A DNA stretch of 64,000 nucleotides, taken from the sequence record PX418213.1, one strand, 5' to 3'. The notes below the pieces were generated by a model. It saw only the letters and a program-made list of their open reading frames with translations, was not told where the DNA came from and did no database searches. Origin of the DNA: a phage. The first letter of the stretch is position 1; every line of letters begins with the position of its first letter. Both the position numbers and the translations under genes were made by a program. Shown here piece by piece: positions 45,256 to 55,754 of the stretch.

Positions 45256-47074
45256 GACACTAAAATTTAGTAACGTTATGTCTTACGGTAAAGACATCGT
45301 AATTCATTTCGATAAGAATCCAGTTACTCAACTAATTGGTGGCAATGGGCTAGGGAAATCCACTATTGCTACTGTTATTGAAGAACTATTTTATAATAAG
45401 AACTCACGTGGTATTAAGAAGGATGCTCTGTTCTCTTGGTCTTCTCCGAAAAAAGAGTATGATATGCACGCTTACTTCTCGAAAGATGAAGATGAGTATG
45501 AATTGCATAAAGTAGTTAAATCAACTGCTAAAGTAACTCTTATTAAGAATGGGGAAGATATTAGTGGGCACACGGCAACTCAAACATACAAGATGATTGA
45601 AGAGATTATGGGTGGTGACTTCCAAACATTCACCAAACTAATTTATCAATCAGTGGGTTCCAATCTAGACTTTCTAAAAGCAACAGACGCAACACGTAAG
45701 GCTTTTCTTGTTAACTTGTTCAATCAAGAACAGTACAAAGAAATGTCAGAAACTATTAAGGCTGACCGTAAAGAAATAGCAAATACTCTAAATAATTTGC
45801 AAGGCCAAATGGCTGTAATTACGAAAATCCTTAATGGAAAGAATAATCTGGGAACTTTGCAGGAACCTGTAGAAGTACCAGAGTTTGATGAAGAGCCATT
45901 AGCACAAGAACTTACTGAATCGAAAATTAAGGCGGCATTAGCCAAGTCTCAAGAGGCTAATATTACTAAATTGCGTAATTTGGACAAAGCTGTACAAGTT
46001 GCCGAACAATCTTTCGAGCCTTTCAAAAATTTACCTGCGCCCACTGACCAAAATGAAGAGATCTCGAGTGTTACGCGTGACCTAACGATTGTGACCTCAC
46101 GTGCGTGCGAAGTCAAGAAACGTTATCAGAGGTTCAAGCAGGAAGCTTCAAATACTGAATGTCCTACTTGTGGTACTCATCTGGATACAACTGCTGCTCA
46201 AAAAGCAATGGATATGGCTAGAACAGAATACGATCCTCTGTTCAAAGAAAAGCAATCTCTTGAAGCTAAGCTAGAACAGCTGAAGAAAGAACAACTTGAG
46301 TACGTTGCGTATACTAGAGCAAAAGATGCTTTGGATAAGGCAGTAGCAGCTAGAGACGAGTTCAAAAACTCAATGAGTGATGCTTCTTTTGAAGAACTCA
46401 ATGTGCAAATCCTACAGGTGCAAATCCGACAATTAGAACAGGAAATCGCTGATGGCCGTTCTAAGGTTGCAATTGCCAAAGAGCATAACGCAAATGTAGA
46501 ATTAGCCAATGCAAAATATAAAGCGAAACTAGAACAGATTGAGAAAGCTGAGGCAGAAATGTCTGAGATTACTTCCAAACTGGATGAAGTATCAGAAGCT
46601 GTTGCTGATCTCGATATTCTGATCGCCGCATTGAAAAATCTGGTAGGGTATAAGCTAGAGCATAGTGTGAAAGTATTTGAAGAACTAATTAATAAATACC
46701 TTTCCATTATGACTGGCGGTAAGTTCGCACTTGGATTTGAACTTGATGAAACAAAATTACAAGTAGTAATTTTCAATGATGGAAACCGTACCAGTATGGA
46801 GAACTGCTCTACTGGTCAGCAAAGTCGAATCAACCTAGCAACTCTGTTAGCTATTCGAATGCTGCTAACATCTATTAGTAAAGTTAATATTAATCTTCTA
46901 TTCCTTGATGAAGTAATTAGCTTTATTGATACTAAAGGACTTGATACCCTTGTTGAATTGTTAAATGAGGAAGAAAGCCTAAATTCTATCATTGTTTCTC
47001 ATGGGCATACGCATCCATTAGCCCATAAGATTACTGTCAAAAAAGATGCAGAAGGATTTTCCTACTTAGAATAA
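45236..47074 (+). CDS. SbcC/Rad50-like ATPase
   Basis: N-terminal Walker A (LIGGNGLGKSTI), long coiled-coil, central CPTCGT zinc hook, C-terminal Walker B (LLFLDEVISFID); start at ATG 45236. Confidence 0.75.
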   Translation: MSKITIKTLKFSNVMSYGKDIVIHFDKNPVTQLIGGNGLGKSTIATVIEELFYNKNSRGIKKDALFSWSSPKKEYDMHAYFSKDEDEYELHKVVKSTAKVTLIKNGEDISGHTATQTYKMIEEIMGGDFQTFTKLIYQSVGSNLDFLKATDATRKAFLVNLFNQEQYKEMSETIKADRKEIANTLNNLQGQMAVITKILNGKNNLGTLQEPVEVPEFDEEPLAQELTESKIKAALAKSQEANITKLRNLDKAVQVAEQSFEPFKNLPAPTDQNEEISSVTRDLTIVTSRACEVKKRYQRFKQEASNTECPTCGTHLDTTAAQKAMDMARTEYDPLFKEKQSLEAKLEQLKKEQLEYVAYTRAKDALDKAVAARDEFKNSMSDASFEELNVQILQVQIRQLEQEIADGRSKVAIAKEHNANVELANAKYKAKLEQIEKAEAEMSEITSKLDEVSEAVADLDILIAALKNLVGYKLEHSVKVFEELINKYLSIMTGGKFALGFELDETKLQVVIFNDGNRTSMENCSTGQQSRINLATLLAIRMLLTSISKVNINLLFLDEVISFIDTKGLDTLVELLNEEESLNSIIVSHGHTHPLAHKITVKKDAEGFSYLE

Positions 47075-47077
47075 AAC

Positions 47078-47560
47078 ATGGCTGTAGATAGTAGAGAGAA
47101 AGGTAAACGTGGTGAATATCAGGTAAGAGATATTTTACGTGAACGTACAGGTCTTGAGTGGGAACGTGTTCCTGGCTCTGGTGCTTTTGGCCAGAGCCAC
47201 GGATTGAAGGGTGACATCTACCTTCCACCACAAAGCGGACACATTAGTAAATACTGCTTCGAAGTTAAGTGGTATAAAGATGATAATATATCAAGTAATT
47301 TATTTAATGTTGGTGAATCCACTCTAGAGAAGTGGTGGCAGCAGTGCTCACGTGAAGGTGAGCAGATGAACTCCAAACCTGCATTAATATTCAAAAAAGA
47401 CAGAGGACAGTGGTTAATAGCTTTGGATAGCTCAGACCCGATGGTTGACAACTTAATGAGTCGTACCCATATGGTATTAAATAAGAAAGACATGGAAATC
47501 GTAATTGGTTTATTTGAGCCGTGGCTACATCATGCATCTGTTGAGGACTTAATTAAATAA
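47078..47560 (+). CDS. hypothetical protein, possible PD-(D/E)xK nuclease
   Basis: GDIYL...FEVKW arrangement resembles a D...E.K nuclease core; by-eye only. Confidence 0.35.
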   Translation: MAVDSREKGKRGEYQVRDILRERTGLEWERVPGSGAFGQSHGLKGDIYLPPQSGHISKYCFEVKWYKDDNISSNLFNVGESTLEKWWQQCSREGEQMNSKPALIFKKDRGQWLIALDSSDPMVDNLMSRTHMVLNKKDMEIVIGLFEPWLHHASVEDLIK

Positions 47561-48435
47561 TGAGTAAATCCTGGGGAAAATTTATTGAAGAAGAGGAAGC
47601 TGAAATGGCTTCCCGTCGTAACCTAATGATTGTCGATGGAACTAACTTAGGCTTTCGCTTCAAGCATAACAATAGTAAAAAACCATTTGCCTCAAGTTAT
47701 GTTTCCACTATTCAATCTCTTGCAAAATCTTATTCTGCTAGAACTACAATAGTTTTAGGAGATAAAGGGAAGTCTGCATTCCGCTTAGAGCATCTCCCAG
47801 AGTATAAAGGGAATCGAGATGAGAAATACTCGCAGCGTACGGAAGAGGAGAAAGCGTTAGATGAGCAGTTCTTCGAGTATTTGAAAGATGCTTTCGAATT
47901 ATGTGAAACTACATTCCCAACTTTCACTATTCGTGGTGTAGAAGCAGATGATATGGCAGCTTATATTGTTAAGCTGATAGGGCATCTATATGCTCATGTT
48001 TGGCTAATTTCTACCGATGGTGACTGGGATACTTTATTAACTGATAAAGTTTCTCGCTTCTCTTTCACAACACGTCGTGAATATCATCTTCGTGATATGT
48101 ATGAACATCATAATGTTGACGATGTAGAGCAGTTTATCTCCCTGAAAGCAATTATGGGTGATTTAGGGGATAATATCCGAGGTGTTGAGGGTATTGGGGC
48201 AAAGCGTGGGTATAATATTATTCGTGAATTTGGTAACGTTCTGGATATTATTGATCAGCTTCCACTGCCTGGAAAACAGAAATATATACAGAATTTAAAT
48301 GCTTCGGAAGAATTGCTTTATCGAAACCTAATTCTGGTTGATTTACCTACCTACTGTGTGGATGCTATTGCTGCTGTAGGTCAAGATGTATTAGATAAAT
48401 TTACAAAAGATATTTTGGAGATTGCAGAACAATGA
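47560..48435 (+). CDS. flap endonuclease / 5'-3' exonuclease
   Basis: 291 aa; N-terminal RRNLMIVDGTNLGFRF and later acidic clusters typical of FEN/5'-nuclease; HhH-like GIG motif (GVEGIGAKRG). Confidence 0.85.
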   Translation: MSKSWGKFIEEEEAEMASRRNLMIVDGTNLGFRFKHNNSKKPFASSYVSTIQSLAKSYSARTTIVLGDKGKSAFRLEHLPEYKGNRDEKYSQRTEEEKALDEQFFEYLKDAFELCETTFPTFTIRGVEADDMAAYIVKLIGHLYAHVWLISTDGDWDTLLTDKVSRFSFTTRREYHLRDMYEHHNVDDVEQFISLKAIMGDLGDNIRGVEGIGAKRGYNIIREFGNVLDIIDQLPLPGKQKYIQNLNASEELLYRNLILVDLPTYCVDAIAAVGQDVLDKFTKDILEIAEQ

Positions 48436-48878
48436 TTAAAATTAAATTAACTCATCCAGATTGTATGCCTAAGATTGGCTCTGAAGATGCCGCAGGTATG
48501 GATCTGCGAGCGTTCTTTGGTACTAACCCTGCTGCAGATTTACGTGCTATTGCACCAGGCAAATCTCTTATGATTGACACCGGTGTCGCGGTAGAAATTC
48601 CGCGAGGTTGGTTCGGTTTGGTAGTTCCTCGTAGCTCCTTAGGTAAGCGTCATCTGATGATTGCAAACACCGCAGGAGTGATTGACTCAGACTATCGTGG
48701 AACTATTAAGATGAACCTTTATAACTATGGTTCTGAAATTCAAACTCTGGAAAATTTTGAAAGACTTTGTCAGCTAGTAGTAGTACCACACTACTCAACT
48801 CATAATTTTGAAATCGTTGACGAACTAGGGGAGACTAATCGTGGAGAAGGCGGATTTGGAAGTTCAGGAAGCAAATAA
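48432..48878 (+). CDS. dut: dUTP diphosphatase
   Basis: dUTPase motifs (AAGMDLRA, GVIDSDYRG, C-terminal GEGGFGSSG). Confidence 0.85.
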   Translation: MIKIKLTHPDCMPKIGSEDAAGMDLRAFFGTNPAADLRAIAPGKSLMIDTGVAVEIPRGWFGLVVPRSSLGKRHLMIANTAGVIDSDYRGTIKMNLYNYGSEIQTLENFERLCQLVVVPHYSTHNFEIVDELGETNRGEGGFGSSGSK

Positions 48879-49104
48879 TTTTACTGATCCTAATATGGTA
48901 GGTGTTGATACTAATACATCAACTTATCAGATTAAAACTACTGAACCAGAAACGTTTGTGCTAAAAACAGATAAAGAGGGTAATGTTACCTTCTGGGATC
49001 CTGAAGGTTTTGTAGAGCTTTGTACTAATACAGATAATGAGCAGTTAAAATTACTACTAACTATTTATAATCTTGGTATTATAGAAGGTTGTAGAAGCGA
49101 ATAA
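48841..49104 (+). CDS. hypothetical protein (GTG start, start uncertain)
   Basis: ORF track; overlaps dut end; bidirectional terminator directly after. Confidence 0.35.
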   Translation: MEKADLEVQEANNFTDPNMVGVDTNTSTYQIKTTEPETFVLKTDKEGNVTFWDPEGFVELCTNTDNEQLKLLLTIYNLGIIEGCRSE

Positions 49105-49105
49105 T

Positions 49106-49147
49106 AGAAAAACCCCAGTGGATTTTGTCCACTGGGGTTTCTTTTTT
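49106..49147. terminator. bidirectional rho-independent terminator at the convergent junction
   Basis: ccccagtgg/ccactgggg hairpin flanked by an A-tract on one side and a T-tract on the other. Confidence 0.65.
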
Positions 49148-52100
49148 ACTGTGCCCTATTTGCTAACAAAGAGTTAACTACTAGAGTTAGGTCTGCAATT
49201 TGCTTTTTAAGATCAGATACTTCTGATTCTAGAGCTGTGATCCTGCTATCAGATTCTCTGCCTGCTTGTACTAGTAGACCTGTTACAGCAGCATAGTCAA
49301 CAGAATAGAAACGTTCCTCGCCAACTAGTTGCTCACCAGTAAGTGTAGGCCCTTCAAGATCTGTATATTTTGTAAATCCACTTACAGCCTCCGGTAGCGC
49401 TTCCATCACTTCCTGAGCTATAACACCAGCGTAAGGCAGCCCATTTTCCTTAAGGGTATAAGTATAACCTTTCATTTTGCGCAATGATTCAGTGGCGTTT
49501 TGGATTTCCTCAATATTATCCTTCAGATCTCTATCGGATGACTGAGTAATGTTTGTTGCTTCAACTTTTCCATTAACATTAAAAACACGGGATCCATCAG
49601 AACTTTGCTGAGCATAAAACAAATAACCATCTGGTAGCTTACATTCAACAACAGATGGCCTTCCAGTAGTATTACCCCATAGTAGGATAGTAGCACTTTT
49701 TGCTGACGTCTGGTTATTTTCGTATTTGAATTCACGACCATTACTTCTTCTAACAGAAATACCACTACCATCAGCAAATATTCCGCCGCTATAGTTAGGA
49801 GTTCTTAATGTGATATTATCACTTACAGTTAGAGTACTGCCGTTCATATCGTTATGTAGGATAACATCCTTAGCAGCCCCACCTTTTCCCACGTACCACA
49901 GTCTAGCAGAATCTGTTCTACATGCTAAATAACCAACTTGAGACGTATCGGTTCCGGTAAGTCTTATTGATAAGGCCTCACCAGCTTTAGCTATCGAAAC
50001 AGGAACACCAAAATCAGCAAATTTATCTGTGATTAATCTGTTCCATGTTCCAATAGTACCACCCTCAATACTTCTAGCCCAGAATTTAGATCCACGACCT
50101 ACAAACTGGGTAGCATAATTACCGCTAAACCCTACATGGATACCACCATATACAACATTATTTTCCGGAGTATTAACTTGACCCGCAACACCATAAAATT
50201 TATTGATAGTATTATGTTGGGTATTCCAGTCTATACCAGTAGAAGATAAAATACCAGAAGGAGCTGAAAAGGTTCCATCCTTATTGAAGTTAAAGAATTT
50301 ATGGCTAGCAGAACTACTCATATCTCTAACAATAATTTGTCCTGCTTCTTCGGTTGCCCTAAACTCACTCTGCCCTACTATGTTATCGTCACTATTTACC
50401 AGTTGAGATGTATACGTATTTTTTGTTACAGCATCACCTCTAGCAGAATAACTATTAGCACCGACAACACTACCATTAAAAGTAAAAGAAGGTGCAGTAG
50501 CAGAAAAAGCATCTCCAGTACTAAGGTTATTAGTTAGGGCAAAATTATTAGATAATCCCTGGCGGAAAGGATGGGTAGAGTAGTAACCAGAACCACCACC
50601 AGTAAAGTTCAGAATATTCTTCACATTACCTTCTGTGTTCCCATCACCCGCATCTGTTACCCCAAACTTAAATTTAACACCGTTAGTACCTAATACATAA
50701 TCCTCAGTTGGAACAATTATCTCAACCTTAGGGTCTGTCATAATATTTACAGGGAATGCCTTATAGTGTACATACACTGCTATATGCTGGGCGTAGTCTT
50801 TGTTACTACCCTTTATACATAAGATCCCTAGTTCATTAGGGTCGTATGTTGTAAACATGCCGTGTGCCATAGTGGGACTATCACTCCAACCCCCACAAGT
50901 TACATATCCAGAGAAAACATTATTGTTCATCTCATGGGACGCAGATCTACCAGGAGTACGCACAAATATAGGTACAGGCGTAATACCATAACCATTGGTA
51001 CCCCCAGTGTAGATTATAACTGGGTAATATTTTCCATCTACAGCACCTGCGGGTGCATTGATAGTCTGGTAATCACCCATAAATCCAGTAGTAGGTATAC
51101 CTAAATTTCGTTGGGTTACAGTAAGATCCCTAACAGCTATAGTCTCCGTATTTATCTCATTTGGTACGTATAATTGGCCATTGTGTTTAAAATGGAATGT
51201 TTTATAAGATGGACCAGTATCTTCCCCCATAACCTGTAGAGTTGCAGCCGCAACCCCATCAGCAAGTTTCTCTGGGTATAGGCGCATACGTACCCTTTGA
51301 GTACCATCTGTAGCTCTTAGATAGCTATTAATAATACCGCCGGCAGCTACAGTACTATCACTATATCCAGTTAAAGCCAAACCAGCAAATAAAGGAGCAT
51401 GTTGAGAACCTAGTTCTATAAGCTGTCTACAATAACTAGGATCGTAGCTATTAAGAATAGACCCCCAAGGAGACCACGTTGAAGTACCTGGGTTATAGCT
51501 ACGTTCATATATTCTATTAGAACTAAAGGTAATGTATATCTGACAACATCCTGGGGTTCCATTAGCACTATTTTGTAGTACCATTAAGTTTCCAGCTTCT
51601 TGAATAGGGTAATTACGGGCTGTAGTTGCATTAGCTGATAGGCTCTGGTAGTAGAAACCTGCGTAATCACCATTAAGGTCATTCAAGTTCTGCCCTGTTA
51701 AGGTAGAAAATCTACGATACATTACTTCTAGATTTCTACGCGCATCAGAAGTATTATTACCGCCAGTACCGCCATGGGATACGTCTAGTGGAATCCACCT
51801 TTTTTCTGTGTCACTATATGCTCCCCAAGAGTTGTCAGTAAGTCCTAGACGCATAGTCTTAGAAGCATTGTAGACCCAGGTTTCGCTTCCCCACTGATCT
51901 AACCTATCAATCTTCAAGTTTACTTTAGAAGTAGCTACATCTGACAAGCTTATGGCATTACCTATAAAATTTCCATTAATCTGAAAGTTTCCATCAATAC
52001 TTAATCCTGCGTACTTATTAGTATTAGTATCTGATTGTAGGTGTATAGTAACCCATTCTTTGTTATCGCCACGTACTTCGGAGTACAACCTATAGCGTGC

Positions 52101-53225
52101 CCTCTGTGCACCGGAATTATTGTTTAAATATCCACTTATAATACCAGAGGCTGCCCGGGCCTTATCGGACACATTTACTAAATTAACATTCGCAAATTGA
52201 GGGTTATTGAGCGCCCCTAGACCAATTCTAGTTCTGTATGCATCAGAGGATTCAGGTGCATAAAAGGCAGACCATGTAGACCATACAGATTTGGCAGAAT
52301 CATACCACCTAGAAAAATAGAAGTCTTGTGTATTATATGGTCTATATATTTGGTGACAACCATCTACTGTATTAGCAGCATTTTTTATTACCTCCAGTGA
52401 TCCTGCTGCTCTAACTGGATAACCTTTTTCTGTGGTAGCAAGGGCATTAGCGGACTGATAATAAAAACCGGCCTGACCCCCTTTAAGAGTATCTAAGTTA
52501 GTATCATCTAGGTTTACTCTTGATTGATGGAATACTTCTAGATTAAGGCGAGCGGCAGATTTATTAGGTATATCATCTAAATTTTGAGATTTAGAAAGAA
52601 AATTACTAGGAGCAACTATATCCGCATATTCCTTAGCCTTTAACTCGCTAGCTTTTGCATTAGTCTCAGAAGTTTTAGCAGCTGTCTCACTAGCCTTTGC
52701 CTTAGTTTCTGAAGTTTTAGCAGCAGATGCAGACGCAGCAGCATTAGTTTCTGAGGTTTTTGCTGCTGAAGCAGAAGCAGCCGCAGCAGTTTTACTACTA
52801 TTAGCATTAGTCTCAGAAGTTTTAGCTGCGGTTTCACTAGCTTTTGCGTTAGTCTCTGAAGTTTTTGCAGCTGTCTCGCTAGCTTTTGCATTGGTCTCAG
52901 AAGTCTTAGCAGCTTTAGCACTATTAGCAGAAGCAGTAGCAGAAGAAGCAGACTGAGTTGCAGACTGCTGGGAAGATGCAGCAGAAATTTCTGCTTCATT
53001 CTCAGAATCTTTGGCATTTAGCTCCGACTGTTTAGCATTAATCTCTGATTGTTTAGCTGCTGCAGCAGAAGCTTTGGAGGATTCTATTGCAGTAGTTAGC
53101 TCACCAGCAGTGATAGAACTAATAGAATTAGAAAGCACAACTGTATACTTAGGATATTTACTTGCAGTTATACTATTCTGGTCCATAGTGACCATTTGCT
53201 GTAGAATTATTTTAGTTATAGCCAT
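49146..53225 (-). CDS. ltf: L-shaped (long) tail fibre protein with C-terminal intramolecular chaperone domain
   Basis: 1359 aa; N-terminal Ala/Ser/Thr-rich SETNAKASETAAKT repeats; C-terminal block (DIEEIQNA...KGYTYTLKENG...GVIAQEV) resembling auto-cleaving chaperone domains; last gene of the tail operon. Confidence 0.75.
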   Translation of the reverse strand: MAITKIILQQMVTMDQNSITASKYPKYTVVLSNSISSITAGELTTAIESSKASAAAAKQSEINAKQSELNAKDSENEAEISAASSQQSATQSASSATASANSAKAAKTSETNAKASETAAKTSETNAKASETAAKTSETNANSSKTAAAASASAAKTSETNAAASASAAKTSETKAKASETAAKTSETNAKASELKAKEYADIVAPSNFLSKSQNLDDIPNKSAARLNLEVFHQSRVNLDDTNLDTLKGGQAGFYYQSANALATTEKGYPVRAAGSLEVIKNAANTVDGCHQIYRPYNTQDFYFSRWYDSAKSVWSTWSAFYAPESSDAYRTRIGLGALNNPQFANVNLVNVSDKARAASGIISGYLNNNSGAQRARYRLYSEVRGDNKEWVTIHLQSDTNTNKYAGLSIDGNFQINGNFIGNAISLSDVATSKVNLKIDRLDQWGSETWVYNASKTMRLGLTDNSWGAYSDTEKRWIPLDVSHGGTGGNNTSDARRNLEVMYRRFSTLTGQNLNDLNGDYAGFYYQSLSANATTARNYPIQEAGNLMVLQNSANGTPGCCQIYITFSSNRIYERSYNPGTSTWSPWGSILNSYDPSYCRQLIELGSQHAPLFAGLALTGYSDSTVAAGGIINSYLRATDGTQRVRMRLYPEKLADGVAAATLQVMGEDTGPSYKTFHFKHNGQLYVPNEINTETIAVRDLTVTQRNLGIPTTGFMGDYQTINAPAGAVDGKYYPVIIYTGGTNGYGITPVPIFVRTPGRSASHEMNNNVFSGYVTCGGWSDSPTMAHGMFTTYDPNELGILCIKGSNKDYAQHIAVYVHYKAFPVNIMTDPKVEIIVPTEDYVLGTNGVKFKFGVTDAGDGNTEGNVKNILNFTGGGSGYYSTHPFRQGLSNNFALTNNLSTGDAFSATAPSFTFNGSVVGANSYSARGDAVTKNTYTSQLVNSDDNIVGQSEFRATEEAGQIIVRDMSSSASHKFFNFNKDGTFSAPSGILSSTGIDWNTQHNTINKFYGVAGQVNTPENNVVYGGIHVGFSGNYATQFVGRGSKFWARSIEGGTIGTWNRLITDKFADFGVPVSIAKAGEALSIRLTGTDTSQVGYLACRTDSARLWYVGKGGAAKDVILHNDMNGSTLTVSDNITLRTPNYSGGIFADGSGISVRRSNGREFKYENNQTSAKSATILLWGNTTGRPSVVECKLPDGYLFYAQQSSDGSRVFNVNGKVEATNITQSSDRDLKDNIEEIQNATESLRKMKGYTYTLKENGLPYAGVIAQEVMEALPEAVSGFTKYTDLEGPTLTGEQLVGEERFYSVDYAAVTGLLVQAGRESDSRITALESEVSDLKKQIADLTLVVNSLLANRAQ
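52625..53045 (-). repeat. in-frame coding tandem repeats in the tail-fibre N-terminal region
   Basis: Repeated DNA blocks (gcattagtctcagaagttttagcagc and variants) encoding SETNAKASETAAKT-type repeats; they generate a spurious Leu/Lys-rich ORF in another frame (52640..53017). Confidence 0.6.
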
Positions 53226-53647
53226 TATTGAGTTACTCCATCACTAATATAAACCTTGCCTTCCATAATACGGAAAGAACTAGCAGCACTACCAACAGCT
53301 GTTCTAGTAATAATTACATCATAGTATCCAGCCAATCTCTGTCTAGGGTTATATCTATCTCTTTCTTTGGATGCTTTGGAAGCAATAGTAGTTACAGCAC
53401 TAACAGGTAGACTTATAGAGGCTACTCCTTGCGCAGCATCAACAATAGATGTAGTAAAAGATGCTAAAGTTTCAGCCCCATCTTCTAAGCTACTTTTAAT
53501 ACTTCCTCTAAGAGAAAAGCCAGTAAGATCTACTGGCTTAGATGTAGCAGGATAAACACTATCATCTACATCCATAAATTGCATAAGTAAACCATAAGGT
53601 ACGTTCTCATCTACTACTAAATCAATAACTCTATTTTCTGTACTCAT
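53225..53647 (-). CDS. tail collar protein (p132-like, 140 aa)
   Basis: Size and position between the pb4-like gene and the tail fibre match the T5 order; no motif support. Confidence 0.5.
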   Translation of the reverse strand: MSTENRVIDLVVDENVPYGLLMQFMDVDDSVYPATSKPVDLTGFSLRGSIKSSLEDGAETLASFTTSIVDAAQGVASISLPVSAVTTIASKASKERDRYNPRQRLAGYYDVIITRTAVGSAASSFRIMEGKVYISDGVTQ

Positions 53648-53651
53648 TATT

Positions 53652-55754
53652 TTACCTTATATGGATATACCCGTTTTGCAGGTCTATCTTCATTTTGTAA
53701 GATCCCTCTGGGTTAGAGGATAGTGCTGCTGCACGATCATATATAATATTTACACCAATTTGTGATAAGAAAGCATTGTTAGCAACAATTTTACTAGCAG
53801 TTACCGTACCATTAACTATCATATCACCGTGTAAAACCATTGCAGGGCTAGTCCATGCTGAACCATTCCACTGCCTAGTAAACGCTGTTCCCGGTGCCCC
53901 ACTTTTATACTCAGTTAATACATCATATTTAACAGGGCCAGTACCAAAGTTAGATGTAAAGAATGAATTAGCCTGAGAATCATTCCATGCTGTTAAATTA
54001 GCGATAGCAAGAGAATACATTCCAGGACCACGTTGTCCTGTATCTCCTGGTCTACCATCAGCTCCTGGTTTACCATCCGCTCCGGGCCTACCATCAACAC
54101 CTTCAGTACCACTCCATTGAACTACATCTGACCAACTGGTTCCTGATACTAATTGGTTAGTAACAGGGTCTAGAGTACCAGTAGAGCAGTAAATATTCTG
54201 AGTATTAGATGTTCTATTCGGTGGAGTTTTAGACCAACCAGAAGGTGGATATGCAGGGCTTGTTGGTTTAGCAGGTAATGAAGTATCTAGAATATAAATA
54301 AATACTGTTTGTTTACCCTGTATACCCGTTGCTATATCAATGTCACCATTAGGTGTACCAATCACAACTCCACTAGAAATTCTTAAGGTATCACCATCAT
54401 AACGAATGTATTGTGTAGCATTACCAATATCTAGTTTTGGCTTCGCAGTGGCATTATCCATCCCCATCCAAATACCAGATTTTGTATCTCCCCAAGCTTT
54501 ACCTTGAGTATAAATTGCTGGGTTGTCTTGACCAGTTAGGTTAGTCATGACAAAATTCGCAGCATTAATAGTTTTAGTGATTACGCTACCATCAACGTTA
54601 ACAATCTTTTTAATCGGGTCAAAAGAGATAGGTGCTTTTCCTTCAGCATCTAGAAGCCCTATGTTAATAGCACCGGTGGCAGCATCTATTAGGAAGGTTT
54701 GTTTCCAGGTAGATCCATCTTTGATCTTACCTTTGATATATGCGTAGTTTACTTCGATACCAGTTTCATTAACAAAACTATTGTCTAACGGTGTGCTCTC
54801 ATTTAATATAAATGTCTGTACCGCGGAATCAGTAACATCTTGGGCATCTGGTCCCCAGGCAATAGATGACACTTTAAATTTATGTTCTACTTTCCATGGG
54901 AAGGATATAATCGTTGCAGCTTGTGCAGCACCTACGTTAATTTTTTGTGCTTTAGTCCATCCAGTTCTTGCAAATTCTGCTGAATCTATATAAGAGACAA
55001 CGAATTCACGAACGTTGGCACCTGCACCCCTATTCCAGTCCCATTGCACACGTAAATCATAGCGTTCTTTACCGTCTGCTATACGCGCAGCTTTAAACGC
55101 AATATTAACAGGAGCTGTAGGAGGTACAAAGTTATATCTAACTTCAAAGACAGTAGGATACTCATAGTATCCAGATGAATCAATAGTTACCCCATCTGGT
55201 AGGGATATTTGTCCAGAAATTCTTACCTTATAGGATCCGATTGGCACACCACCAAACATAATAGTTGGCATCAACGCACCAACGTAATATTTAACCCACG
55301 GATTATTAGCATTAGAATTATTTTTTAATTCTATAGTACAATAATCAGCTTCTCCTGTAGTATCTATATAAACTATTGGCGCTCCAACACCTACGTCTAC
55401 AGGCTCTGATTCACATCTAGCACCTGTAATTCTAGGTGCTGACTTCATTTTAAAAGTTTGTTTGTCAGATAGATTAATACCTATCTGAGCATTAAGTAGT
55501 TCAGAGTCTATTATAGAATCATAAAATGCACCCTGAACTTCATAAGTTGTTGTAGGTTTTAGATTATTAATAGTTACAGAGAAGGTATCAACCCCAGTAA
55601 AATCTCTACGAGTAACGTTGCTACCTTCTTTAAGCCAAAAAGACCTGCCTATAACGTCATAATCAGAGTAGATAGAATGCTGGATATACGCCAACGTATA
55701 TCCAGTTAAGACGCTATTTAGGACCATTTTAGCTGGTGCATTATTTGAAATCAT
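53652..55754 (-). CDS. baseplate/straight-fibre structural protein (pb4-like) with collagen-like Gly-X-Y stretch
   Basis: 700 aa; Gly-X-Y run [27 protein letters not shown]; position downstream of the hub gene. Confidence 0.6.
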   Translation of the reverse strand: MISNNAPAKMVLNSVLTGYTLAYIQHSIYSDYDVIGRSFWLKEGSNVTRRDFTGVDTFSVTINNLKPTTTYEVQGAFYDSIIDSELLNAQIGINLSDKQTFKMKSAPRITGARCESEPVDVGVGAPIVYIDTTGEADYCTIELKNNSNANNPWVKYYVGALMPTIMFGGVPIGSYKVRISGQISLPDGVTIDSSGYYEYPTVFEVRYNFVPPTAPVNIAFKAARIADGKERYDLRVQWDWNRGAGANVREFVVSYIDSAEFARTGWTKAQKINVGAAQAATIISFPWKVEHKFKVSSIAWGPDAQDVTDSAVQTFILNESTPLDNSFVNETGIEVNYAYIKGKIKDGSTWKQTFLIDAATGAINIGLLDAEGKAPISFDPIKKIVNVDGSVITKTINAANFVMTNLTGQDNPAIYTQGKAWGDTKSGIWMGMDNATAKPKLDIGNATQYIRYDGDTLRISSGVVIGTPNGDIDIATGIQGKQTVFIYILDTSLPAKPTSPAYPPSGWSKTPPNRTSNTQNIYCSTGTLDPVTNQLVSGTSWSDVVQWSGTEGVDGRPGADGKPGADGRPGDTGQRGPGMYSLAIANLTAWNDSQANSFFTSNFGTGPVKYDVLTEYKSGAPGTAFTRQWNGSAWTSPAMVLHGDMIVNGTVTASKIVANNAFLSQIGVNIIYDRAAALSSNPEGSYKMKIDLQNGYIHIR

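Noticed and set aside
45724-46776. Minus-strand ORFs 45724..45945 and 46198..46776
   Set aside because: Antisense to the SbcC-like gene coiled-coil region; Ser/Ala/Cys-rich translation, no regulatory signals.
52640-53017. Minus-strand 125-aa Leu/Lys/Gln-rich ORF
   Set aside because: Alternative frame of the tail-fibre repeat region; a by-product of the in-frame coding repeats.
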